Virus record (IMG/VR): IMGVR_UViG_3300035682_001186
Location: 45,271-109,270 of that record
DNA: 64,000 nt
From: a virus
Strand: one strand, 5' to 3'
The position numbers and the translations under genes are program-made. The stretch's first letter is position 1, and every line of letters starts with the position of its first letter. Below the pieces are notes generated by a model. That model did not search any database, was not told where the DNA came from, and saw only the letters and a list, made by a program, of their open reading frames with translations. This document shows, piece by piece, positions 18,204-27,170 of this stretch.

Positions 18204-18240
18204 GGTAATACTTATCTCTTTATTGTTAAATTTAAATATT

Positions 18241-20328
18241 TTATACTGTTGTTTCTGTAGTAGTTTCATATGATGTGAAACCACCTTCTTTAATAACTTT
18301 AAGTACGCTAGACACTCTATTTGTTAGTTCATCTCTATGTGATACAAGCCAAACTGATTTGTTACGTCTACGTGCCATATCTTTGAGTAGTGCAATACTG
18401 TTTTCAACACCAATAGTATCTAAACCATTATCAATCAACTCATCAACAAATAATACATTGATAGGACTGTATAATGATTCGTATACATCTCTGAATGAAA
18501 AGGATAGCCCAAGGATCAGTCTATTACGCTCACCACGACTTAGATTATCAAAGTCTAACTCACGTCCTAGCTCAGTGATTTCAACTGTTAAATCATTCTG
18601 AAATACAACTGTATGTGGTAAACCCATGGAATCCAAATAAAATGATAGACGACTGTTCAAATAAGTTAAATTTTGTTCAATAATCTTTTTACGAACAAAA
18701 GATTTTTTGCTTGTCAATAAGTCTAACAAGTATTCCTGATGTTGCATAAGTCTAGTCAATTCATTAATATGATCAAATGATACAGTTTGAATGGCTTCAC
18801 GTTCCATTTCAGAGATTTGATCTATATATGGATCAGTTTCGTCATGTTTGTTGGAAATTTGATCCAACAAACTCTCAACACGACTACTATGTTTGATAGC
18901 CTCTGATTCAGTCTTATAGTGTGTGACTGGTTCTTCACCACATACAATCTCGCTCTCAGAAATATCCATGATCTGTAGAATGTATGGGTCTTCCGCTTGA
19001 CGCAAGTTCTCAATCTCTATCTTTAAGTTTATGACTGTGTAGCTATGTTTAATGGCTTCACTCTCTGTCTTGTAGTGTGGAACTGGCTTGTCATTAAGTT
19101 CAACAATCAATTCTTCTACTCTTTTTAATTCATCTAACAATTGATGTTCACGATCTACTGATGAATCATATGCTTCGTTCTTTGCCAGCAATACCGCACT
19201 GTGACTGTTATCATGAAAATCTTGACCACAAGCATAGCATTTGTTCTCATTGAGCGTCATCATCTCTTTGCCTAGTTTCAAAGTGATATTTGATTGTTTG
19301 ATCGTCTCGTTGTGAATACGGTCTATTTCTTTTTTTAACGCTGTCTGTTCAACGTTCTGTTGATTGTACACAGCAAGGTCTTTATGAGATTGTAACTCCA
19401 TCTCAATATCAATTGCATTCAAGACTTCAAGTCTCTCTCCTAACGCTTTGATATCATTGACTCGTGTTTGCTTCCATATCTTTTGTTTTGCAACAAGATT
19501 GTCGTAATTATTTTTTTTCTCTAAACAAGATAGATAAATGGAACGATCTTTATGTGACTGTAGTTCAACAATAATATCAATCTTGCTTAATTCATCGTAT
19601 TCGTTGACCAGTTTGTTCAAATCTTCATCATGCTTTGTTTGCCATAAACGTTGACGGCGTTTGAGATTCTCAATCTGCTCGCCAATTCGTTTATTGGCTT
19701 CTTCAAGCGCACGTATACGATACTCTTCTTGTTGAATATCATCTTTGGTCTGTTTGTTCAGTATCTTAATGGCATCAGCCTTTTCAGATAAGATAGTAAC
19801 ACCCAATAACTGTTCAATGATAACACGTTGATCATTGGCTTTGAGTGATAGAAATGGTTCATTATAAGTATTCAGACCAACAATGTGTCTAAACATGTCA
19901 CTACTCATATGTAAGACCTTTTCAATAGCGTCCTGAGTTTCACGACTGTCACCTTGACTATCATTGGTCTCTTCACTAGCCATTTCTTGATCATTTACAT
20001 AAAATTTCAAAAATGTAGGTTTACGTCCACGTTCAATTCGGTACTCAATATCATCAACTGAGAATGACAATGTAACAACCATGGCTTTACCATTGGTTCT
20101 GTTAATCAAATTGTCTTTCTTGATATTATTGATACCGCCACCAAACAAGGAATATGATAATCCCTGTAAGATACTGGTTTTACCAGTACCATTCTTAGCA
20201 CCATCGCCGCCCAAGTCTAGATTTTCACCTAGAATCAATGTTAGGTCTTGATTATTGAAATTAACTGTTTGGGTAATCGCCCCAATAGATAGAAAATTCT
20301 TAAGAGTTAATACGCCTAGTGTAATCAT
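18241..20328 (-). CDS. gp46: Recombination endonuclease ATPase subunit (gp46/SbcC/Rad50-like)
   Basis: LKNFLSIG, Walker A NGTGKT, Zn hook CYAC, signature LSRGE, Walker B LFVDE, SH loop. Confidence 0.95.
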   Translation of the reverse strand: MITLGVLTLKNFLSIGAITQTVNFNNQDLTLILGENLDLGGDGAKNGTGKTSILQGLSYSLFGGGINNIKKDNLINRTNGKAMVVTLSFSVDDIEYRIERGRKPTFLKFYVNDQEMASEETNDSQGDSRETQDAIEKVLHMSSDMFRHIVGLNTYNEPFLSLKANDQRVIIEQLLGVTILSEKADAIKILNKQTKDDIQQEEYRIRALEEANKRIGEQIENLKRRQRLWQTKHDEDLNKLVNEYDELSKIDIIVELQSHKDRSIYLSCLEKKNNYDNLVAKQKIWKQTRVNDIKALGERLEVLNAIDIEMELQSHKDLAVYNQQNVEQTALKKEIDRIHNETIKQSNITLKLGKEMMTLNENKCYACGQDFHDNSHSAVLLAKNEAYDSSVDREHQLLDELKRVEELIVELNDKPVPHYKTESEAIKHSYTVINLKIEIENLRQAEDPYILQIMDISESEIVCGEEPVTHYKTESEAIKHSSRVESLLDQISNKHDETDPYIDQISEMEREAIQTVSFDHINELTRLMQHQEYLLDLLTSKKSFVRKKIIEQNLTYLNSRLSFYLDSMGLPHTVVFQNDLTVEITELGRELDFDNLSRGERNRLILGLSFSFRDVYESLYSPINVLFVDELIDNGLDTIGVENSIALLKDMARRRNKSVWLVSHRDELTNRVSSVLKVIKEGGFTSYETTTETTV

Positions 20329-21341
20329 ATGTTTCTATAAATGTCTAATAATAACTTCTTGTCAAATGTCCCTACTTCCAAACTTTCAATTTGTGTTTGA
20401 ATAATTGTATCTACACTTTCAAATTGAGTATTTGTATTATCTGGATTATTGTCTGTAAAATCTCGTTTGATTGGTATTAATGTAAGTTCTCTAAGATGAT
20501 GTTCTGGCATTAGTTTTTCACGAATGAAACTTGCCTCTTCAAATGAGATATCAATATCTAAATTGATTTTAACATAACTATCAGGTAATAACAAGCCAGC
20601 TGGATCATCAAGTACATCACTTAAATTATATACACGATATTTGGGAGCATTAGGCCAACCAAAATACATTGGTTCTTTGTCCCATTCTAACATCATCATA
20701 CCACGTTTATCATCACCAGCATCACTATAGTTATGAGGGAAAGCATTTCCAATATAAGTAATGTTATTTTTCTTTTGACGTTTATGAAAGTGACCACTGA
20801 ATACGGCTTCATATCCATGTAAATGTTCACTTTGAATTTCTTTATAATCTGGCATTTGAATCATGGCATTCATAAAGAAATTTGGAAGTTCTAGATGAGA
20901 GAATACATATTTCCCTTTCATCTTTTTAAGACGTTTCCATTCATCTCCAACGATCCACGGAATGATAGATACATCTCCCTGTGTGAACCATTCATCTATA
21001 ATAATGACATTTGGAAGATGTTTTGCCCATTCTACTGAATGAGTATCTCTTTTATCTCTATAAAACATATCGTGATTACCCACGATAAAGTATATTTTAT
21101 CAAATGCCGCACTTAACTTTTCAAGACCTCTAAGACTAAACTGTAGAGTTTGAATGTTAATAGCGGCACGATTGTGATGCCAATCACCTAGAAAGAAACA
21201 GGTTTCACAGTTTTGTTTTTTAGCAGTTTCAATAAACCAATCAACAAAGTTTGTACAATCCGTATTATGTTGTATTGAATTGTTTTTCAAACCCCAATGT
21301 ATATCAGTGAATGCAGCTGCTTTTTTAAATAAATTTGTCAT
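20325..21341 (-). CDS. gp47: Recombination endonuclease nuclease subunit (gp47/SbcD/Mre11-like)
   Basis: TDIHWG, LGDWHH, VGNHD, SGHFH metallophosphoesterase motifs; overlaps gp46 start. Confidence 0.95.
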   Translation of the reverse strand: MTNLFKKAAAFTDIHWGLKNNSIQHNTDCTNFVDWFIETAKKQNCETCFFLGDWHHNRAAINIQTLQFSLRGLEKLSAAFDKIYFIVGNHDMFYRDKRDTHSVEWAKHLPNVIIIDEWFTQGDVSIIPWIVGDEWKRLKKMKGKYVFSHLELPNFFMNAMIQMPDYKEIQSEHLHGYEAVFSGHFHKRQKKNNITYIGNAFPHNYSDAGDDKRGMMMLEWDKEPMYFGWPNAPKYRVYNLSDVLDDPAGLLLPDSYVKINLDIDISFEEASFIREKLMPEHHLRELTLIPIKRDFTDNNPDNTNTQFESVDTIIQTQIESLEVGTFDKKLLLDIYRNI

Positions 21342-21347
21342 CTAGTG

Positions 21348-21376
21348 ATTATACAGTATGAAAATTGATTAATCAA
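21348..21376 (-). promoter_or_regulatory. Sigma70-type promoter for gp47-gp46, leaderless geometry
   Basis: TTGATT-N17-TATAAT-cactag-ATG on minus strand. Confidence 0.6.
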
Positions 21377-21390
21377 TATTTTCGGAGTGA

Positions 21391-22332
21391 TTAACCAATA
21401 TTACGTCTTTTTTCTCTTTCGCTATCTAAACTATGTTGACGAGTGAAACTGGGATTTAACCCATTAGATTCCAAAATATCATCTCTAATGTTTTGAACAC
21501 GTTTTTCTGTATTAAGAACACGACAGAAACTATTAGTAATAGCGGCTGTATAGTAGGCAAATGGATTTTGTGATTTAGCTTCATTGAAACGTAAACCAAC
21601 GTATGTTAATTGTAAAATGGCTGCCCCACGCATTTCATCTACATAGGTATAACCACGCCAATTGAATCTTAATGAATACTTTTCACATAGTTTCAAGTAC
21701 ATGTTAGCCAATTTATTTGTAATTTGGCCATGATCTTTTGAAAAATCTCCAGTTTTCAAATCACCAATCCAATGACTTTTACCAACACAAACTAGTGAAT
21801 TTTTATCATTGATTTTGAAATGTTGAAATGGAGGGAAGTTTAAACGAACGTGAACCATATTATCTAGACCCATTTCTTTTGCTAAACCTTTGTCTTCCAA
21901 ATCTTCAAATAGAATATCTTCTGTTGGTTCAAAATCAAAGATTTCTTTTGCTGATTTTGGTTTGGAATTCTTTCTTGGTTGTTTTGGAGCCACTGGTATA
22001 TGATCCCAAGTCATGACTCTAAAGACCAAATCTGTAGTTTTAATGGTTTCTGGATCAATTTTTTCTGTTTTGATCTTGACACCATCTGGACCAACTACTT
22101 GGCTCAGTCTTGCGGCACGATTTTCTTTAGCTTTTTGAATAGTTTCTGGTTTACTGGTATATTCTAAACTACGTTCTAGATTATTATTATCTTCGTAGTC
22201 TACAATAAAGTCATATTGATGATCATCTGGTATTTCAAATTGACAATATGAATTTTTACTTGAATGTATTTCTTTTAAAATATCTTTATTGTTTAGATAG
22301 TTCTTTTTTGCTGGGGTTTTTATTGGGATCAT
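21391..22332 (-). CDS. gp55: Late-transcription sigma factor (gp55-like)
   Basis: NYLNNKD; NWRGYTYVDEM; FNEAKSQNPFAYYT...F.R...EK; start placed at ATG 22332 downstream of its promoter. Confidence 0.9.
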   Translation of the reverse strand: MIPIKTPAKKNYLNNKDILKEIHSSKNSYCQFEIPDDHQYDFIVDYEDNNNLERSLEYTSKPETIQKAKENRAARLSQVVGPDGVKIKTEKIDPETIKTTDLVFRVMTWDHIPVAPKQPRKNSKPKSAKEIFDFEPTEDILFEDLEDKGLAKEMGLDNMVHVRLNFPPFQHFKINDKNSLVCVGKSHWIGDLKTGDFSKDHGQITNKLANMYLKLCEKYSLRFNWRGYTYVDEMRGAAILQLTYVGLRFNEAKSQNPFAYYTAAITNSFCRVLNTEKRVQNIRDDILESNGLNPSFTRQHSLDSEREKRRNIG

Positions 22333-22358
22333 ATGCTCTTTAAGGTTAATATGTTGCA

Positions 22359-22387
22359 ATTATACAACGTAATGTTGTGTAAGTCAA
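22359..22387 (-). promoter_or_regulatory. Sigma70-type promoter for gp55
   Basis: TTGACT-N17-TATAAT on minus strand. Confidence 0.7.
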
Positions 22388-22481
22388 GTGAATTTGGAAG
22401 ATTGGTGAAAAAATACGACTATTATTCTACGCTAAATAGTAGTAGAGGTATTCTATTTAGGGTAATACCGGAGACAACTAT

Positions 22482-24311
22482 ATGGCCACATCACCGACCG
22501 AAAAAACTGCACAATACTTGAAATTTAAAACAGATGCTCAGGCTGCTAATGATGCTCGCAATAATATTGTAAATAGTGACAAATATAAAGAACTTACGAC
22601 TCAAGTAAAGATTCAAGAAGAGGCCGAGAAACTTGCATATGAAAAAGCAGATGCTCTACAAAAATCAAATGCATCTGTAGAAGAAACTTATCAGGCAAGA
22701 GTTGCGTTGCAACAGGCTACTGATGCTCTTAAGGTCACAAGAAGTGAATTGGATCCTTTAAATAGTCAAGCAACGGATTTAAGTGTACAGTCTTTTAATT
22801 TTAATCTGGCTGCCAGACAAGTTCAACAGTCTCCGCAAACTACTAGTCCTCTTCCAACAGAACAACAAGTAGAGGCTGAGGCAAAAGAAGCAGGATCTGC
22901 AGCCGCAAAACAGCCAAGTCCAAATCCAGCGCCAGTTCTTACTTCAATACCCACGGAATCTAATATTGTTCCAACATTAGATACTCCTGTACCAGCAGAC
23001 AGTCTAGCAGCCGGTGGACCCACAGCGGAACCTACTAAAACAACACCGAACGACGAACCAGTATTTGTATTCAATCAACGTCAATTAAATTTTTTGGAAT
23101 CATATAATCAAAGTTTAATTGATGGTGGAAATCCACAACTTATTATTTCTGATTTGACCAGTACCGAAGCACTAAATCTATTAGCAGAACAAGGATTGAT
23201 TCAATCAGATGAAGACTCTCCGACTGATCAACAACCAACTGAAGGGTATACTACAGATGGAGGACTTGTAGTAAATATACGAGGAGTTGGACAACGAGAA
23301 ATTGTTGAATACGAAGAATTTCAGTCTGTTGATCCTGGTTTTGAATCTGGTTTTCCAGAAGAACAAATAACAGTTGACAGTTCAGATAGATATGTAGCTA
23401 CATTAGATTTAACTGCAACTGATGATCCACTTGGAGATAAAATAGCAGAACTTCAGGCTGGTCAGAATACTGGTACATCTACGTTACCAACTAGAAATCA
23501 ACAATCTGGTATAGGATCACCAAAAGATTGGCGTTTTAGAATAAGTTTGGCTCCGGGAGCAACTTATTTGTATAAAGATTCAAGTCCAGGAATATTAAAA
23601 CCTTTAATGGCCACAAATGGAGTTATTTTTCCATATAGTCCACAGATAAATCTTGCATATACTGCTAATTATAATGCGACTGATTTAGTTCATACTAACT
23701 ATAAAGTTTATAATTATAAAAATAGTAGCGTTGAAAATATTAGTATAACTGGAGATTTTACAGTTCAAGACAGCGCAGAAGCAAATTATGTATTAGCAGT
23801 AATACATTTTTTTAGATCAGTTACTAAGATGTTTTATGGTCAAGATCAAAATCCAGCTAGAGGAGTTCCACCACCATTGTGTTACTTAACTGGATTTGGA
23901 CAATATCAATTTGATATGCATCCAGTGGCTATTACCAGTTTTACTTATACTTTTCCAAATGATGTAGATTATGTTAATGCTTATCCGACAAACAATAGTG
24001 TATCTATTGGTGGACAAAACATGGCACCATATATGCCTCAAATAGCAAGTTTTTTTAGTCCATTAGATAGATTACGAACATTGGCTGGTAATATTGGAAA
24101 AGGTGGATTACCTCCTCCTCCGACATTTGTTACTAGTAAAAATATTAATGAAGTAACAAGAGTACCAGCAAAAATCACTATTCAACTATCTTGTATACCT
24201 ATTGTATCTAGAAATACAATGAGTAATCAATTTAGTTTAAAACAGTATGCAAATGGTTCGTTATTAAAAGGAACTGCAAACTTTTCACGCACTGGCGGAG
24301 GACTTTGGTAA
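22482..24311 (+). CDS. Baseplate tail-tube cap/initiator (gp48/gp54-like) with long N-terminal extension
   Basis: C-terminal domain GVIFPYSPQI...HFFRSVTKMFYG...PPPLCYL.GFG; GCTAAATA at 22431-22438; GGAG SD; precedes gp53. Confidence 0.6.
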   Translation: MATSPTEKTAQYLKFKTDAQAANDARNNIVNSDKYKELTTQVKIQEEAEKLAYEKADALQKSNASVEETYQARVALQQATDALKVTRSELDPLNSQATDLSVQSFNFNLAARQVQQSPQTTSPLPTEQQVEAEAKEAGSAAAKQPSPNPAPVLTSIPTESNIVPTLDTPVPADSLAAGGPTAEPTKTTPNDEPVFVFNQRQLNFLESYNQSLIDGGNPQLIISDLTSTEALNLLAEQGLIQSDEDSPTDQQPTEGYTTDGGLVVNIRGVGQREIVEYEEFQSVDPGFESGFPEEQITVDSSDRYVATLDLTATDDPLGDKIAELQAGQNTGTSTLPTRNQQSGIGSPKDWRFRISLAPGATYLYKDSSPGILKPLMATNGVIFPYSPQINLAYTANYNATDLVHTNYKVYNYKNSSVENISITGDFTVQDSAEANYVLAVIHFFRSVTKMFYGQDQNPARGVPPPLCYLTGFGQYQFDMHPVAITSFTYTFPNDVDYVNAYPTNNSVSIGGQNMAPYMPQIASFFSPLDRLRTLAGNIGKGGLPPPPTFVTSKNINEVTRVPAKITIQLSCIPIVSRNTMSNQFSLKQYANGSLLKGTANFSRTGGGLW

Positions 24312-24610
24312 TGTTATATCCACAAACTAGCCCGTATTTCAATTCAGATATTGTCAATGGAATATTTTTAGATGTAATGATAAACAGACCTATACCATCA
24401 GATCCAACTGATGTTTATTGGGAAATTACTTCAATCTATAATTTAAGACCTGATTTATTAGCCAGTGATCTTTATAATGATAGTAGATTGTGGTGGGTGT
24501 TTGCTCAAAGAAATCCAAATAAATTAAAAGACCCATTGTTTGATTTTGTTCAGGGTGTATTTATTTACATTCCTAAACAAGATGTAATTGTTGCTTCATT
24601 AGGATTATAA
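24311..24610 (+). CDS. gp53: Baseplate wedge protein (gp53-like, LysM-like fold)
   Basis: YNLRPDLLASDLYNDSRLWWVFAQRNP. Confidence 0.85.
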   Translation: MLYPQTSPYFNSDIVNGIFLDVMINRPIPSDPTDVYWEITSIYNLRPDLLASDLYNDSRLWWVFAQRNPNKLKDPLFDFVQGVFIYIPKQDVIVASLGL

Positions 24611-24611
24611 T

Positions 24612-27104
24612 ATGACCTTTAATTCAAATAAGTCATCCGATGACAGTGCTCCATCGGGTACGAATGCGGCCCCATCCTCAACTTCAGGTCAAAGTAATAC
24701 ATCCAGTACACAAAATACAGGACAAAAATCAACTAATAGTGCTGGTTCTGATTTTTCTAACAATCGCACTGATAATCCACTTAATAATTTTAGTAGTTAT
24801 ACATATTCAATTGTATTATATGCTATTAGTCCAGAAGACGCTAATACATATGCAGAAACAGGACAAACTCCAACAGACAGATCAAAATATTATATTGTTG
24901 CTCAATCAGGAGGAATAAGTTCCGCTGATAGTCGTGCCATAACTAGTAGTGGCAATCCAGGCCCAAATCAAATGGGATTAGATTATTTTATTGATTCATT
25001 GGAATTCAAAACAACTATTCCTAATACTGCAGCAACCTCTGTTGCTCAAGGGTCTAGAATTAAATTAAAAATTATAGAACCATATGGATTTAATTTTACT
25101 GAAGAATTGAAAAAATTGGCGTTAAAAATTTCAAAAAAAAGTCCATTGATGAAAGGAGTTACTGAAGATAACTTTAATCATAGACTTATGCGTTATATTT
25201 TAGGTATTAGATATTATGGTTATGATACACAAGGAAATTTGGTAACATCTAAGAGCGGATTTGTAAAAAACTATAGCAATGGATTTTCTGATGACAATAG
25301 TGTAATAGAACGTTATGTTGTTGTTGCCATAAATGATTTTAAGTTTAAAGTAAATGGAAATTCAACTACATATAATATTGAATTACAAGAAGCTGCACCT
25401 CAAGCTTCTCTGGGAACTATAATCGGAGTAACTCAAAATCCCCTAAATATTAATGGTTCAACTGTAGGTGAAGTTCTTATGGGATCAAAAGGTCCAAACT
25501 CTAAATCTTTAGTGTCAGAACTCAATAGTCAGACTAAAAAATTAACAGAATCTTCAAATAAAACTGAACAGTCACATACTTATGAAATAGAATTCTTGGA
25601 CGAAAAAAATAAATCTGATCCAAATGGTCTGATAGCTACGGCAAAATTGTCAGAATCTGATGCTAAAACTAATACTGGATCAGGTGCTTCATCAAATACA
25701 TCTAAATCAAACATTGCGGAACAGTTTAAGCAACAAACTTTTAATAGTAATATAAAATCGGTTGGTTTCAAAGGTGGAACTGAGATTGTACAAATCATTG
25801 ATGATATTATATCTAAAAGTAGTTATGTTTCAAATGCTTTAAAAGTATTAAACAATGAAAAACCAGAAACTGGCAGTGTTAAAAATACATCAAAACAAGA
25901 ATTTAAATGGTTTAGTATAAATCCAATTGTTACAACTAAGTCATTTGAAAAAAAGACAAATTATTGGACTTTTAATATAAAATATCAAATAAAACCATAT
26001 ATTATATATTATATTAAGTCAAATAACGTTACAAATTTTTGTAAATTTAATGGTGCACACAAAGTTTATAACTATTTTTTAACTGGAGAAAATACTCAAG
26101 TTTTAAATTATGAACTTAGTTACAATGCATTATATTTTATTCCAGAAAGTTCAACTCTTAATCAGACTGGGTATGCAATTACGGAATCTAATACTAGTTT
26201 AGCTAAACAACCAATACCAAGCGCAAATCAAGGTGGTTCACAAAGTGGTACAGGGGGAGTTGGAATTAATAATGAAACTGTTCCGCAAGAAAACGTAAGA
26301 GCACAATTATATAGTCCAAATGATGCTTATAAAGTTACAATGAAAATTATGGGTGATCCGGATTGGATTTTAACAAGCACTGGAATTAATGCTGTTGCTC
26401 AATCTAGATTTAAAGCAAATCCAAAAGTAAAATCATTAAGTGGTACAGCAGCTGATTTGGGACCAACAATGTTTGATGGACAATTACTAGTTCAAGTTAT
26501 ATTTAATACTGCTAATGATTATTTAAATACTGGATTAATGGATGTAAGCGATCAAGTATTGACAATGAGCCCAGGAACAAGAAATTTTAATATTAAAGGT
26601 ACAATTTTTACAGTATCGCATGTGACATCTTTATTTTTAAAAGGATCATTTACTCAAACATTAGAGATGCAAGTTGTCCCGTCAAATTTATTAGTTACCG
26701 AAAACTCAAATTCTTCCGCCGATGGTAGAGAATCTTCTACAACACCAAGTGGTACTAATACTGGTACTGATGGTACGACTAGACCAACATTATCTACTGG
26801 TGATTTTATAGCGGCTGATGCGAGAGCAACCACAGATGCGTCTTTGATAGAATCACAAAGTCAATTGGCACAAAATTCTCCCTCAAACAATTCTCAGGGC
26901 GTCATAGTTACTGGACAACTTGGTAGACAAGAATTTGCAAGTGATGATAGAACTTTCACGGCTCGCAATAATAGAGCTGCACTTGATGCGCCAAATACAG
27001 ATAATACGCCTTACGATTATGCAGCCTCAGCTGCCTCGGCGCGAGCAGCAGAAAAAGAAGGACTTGGAGTTACTGCTGACGGTACTCCATGGAGACTTAG
27101 ATAA
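24612..27104 (+). CDS. Baseplate hub protein (gp27-like)
   Basis: Between gp53 and spike; KIMGDPDW and F.KGSFTQTL motifs. Confidence 0.6.
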   Translation: MTFNSNKSSDDSAPSGTNAAPSSTSGQSNTSSTQNTGQKSTNSAGSDFSNNRTDNPLNNFSSYTYSIVLYAISPEDANTYAETGQTPTDRSKYYIVAQSGGISSADSRAITSSGNPGPNQMGLDYFIDSLEFKTTIPNTAATSVAQGSRIKLKIIEPYGFNFTEELKKLALKISKKSPLMKGVTEDNFNHRLMRYILGIRYYGYDTQGNLVTSKSGFVKNYSNGFSDDNSVIERYVVVAINDFKFKVNGNSTTYNIELQEAAPQASLGTIIGVTQNPLNINGSTVGEVLMGSKGPNSKSLVSELNSQTKKLTESSNKTEQSHTYEIEFLDEKNKSDPNGLIATAKLSESDAKTNTGSGASSNTSKSNIAEQFKQQTFNSNIKSVGFKGGTEIVQIIDDIISKSSYVSNALKVLNNEKPETGSVKNTSKQEFKWFSINPIVTTKSFEKKTNYWTFNIKYQIKPYIIYYIKSNNVTNFCKFNGAHKVYNYFLTGENTQVLNYELSYNALYFIPESSTLNQTGYAITESNTSLAKQPIPSANQGGSQSGTGGVGINNETVPQENVRAQLYSPNDAYKVTMKIMGDPDWILTSTGINAVAQSRFKANPKVKSLSGTAADLGPTMFDGQLLVQVIFNTANDYLNTGLMDVSDQVLTMSPGTRNFNIKGTIFTVSHVTSLFLKGSFTQTLEMQVVPSNLLVTENSNSSADGRESSTTPSGTNTGTDGTTRPTLSTGDFIAADARATTDASLIESQSQLAQNSPSNNSQGVIVTGQLGRQEFASDDRTFTARNNRAALDAPNTDNTPYDYAASAASARAAEKEGLGVTADGTPWRLR

Positions 27105-27170
27105 AGATATAAAATGAAGACTTTCTGGCAAAAAGTGATAATTACAAATAATGGTAAATAGGAAAATAAA

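Noticed and set aside
18204-18284. ORF-track upstream starts (also 963, 22359, 48400, 55049, 61438)
   Set aside because: They overlap neighbouring genes or promoters; downstream ATGs fit RBS, promoter geometry and motif boundaries better
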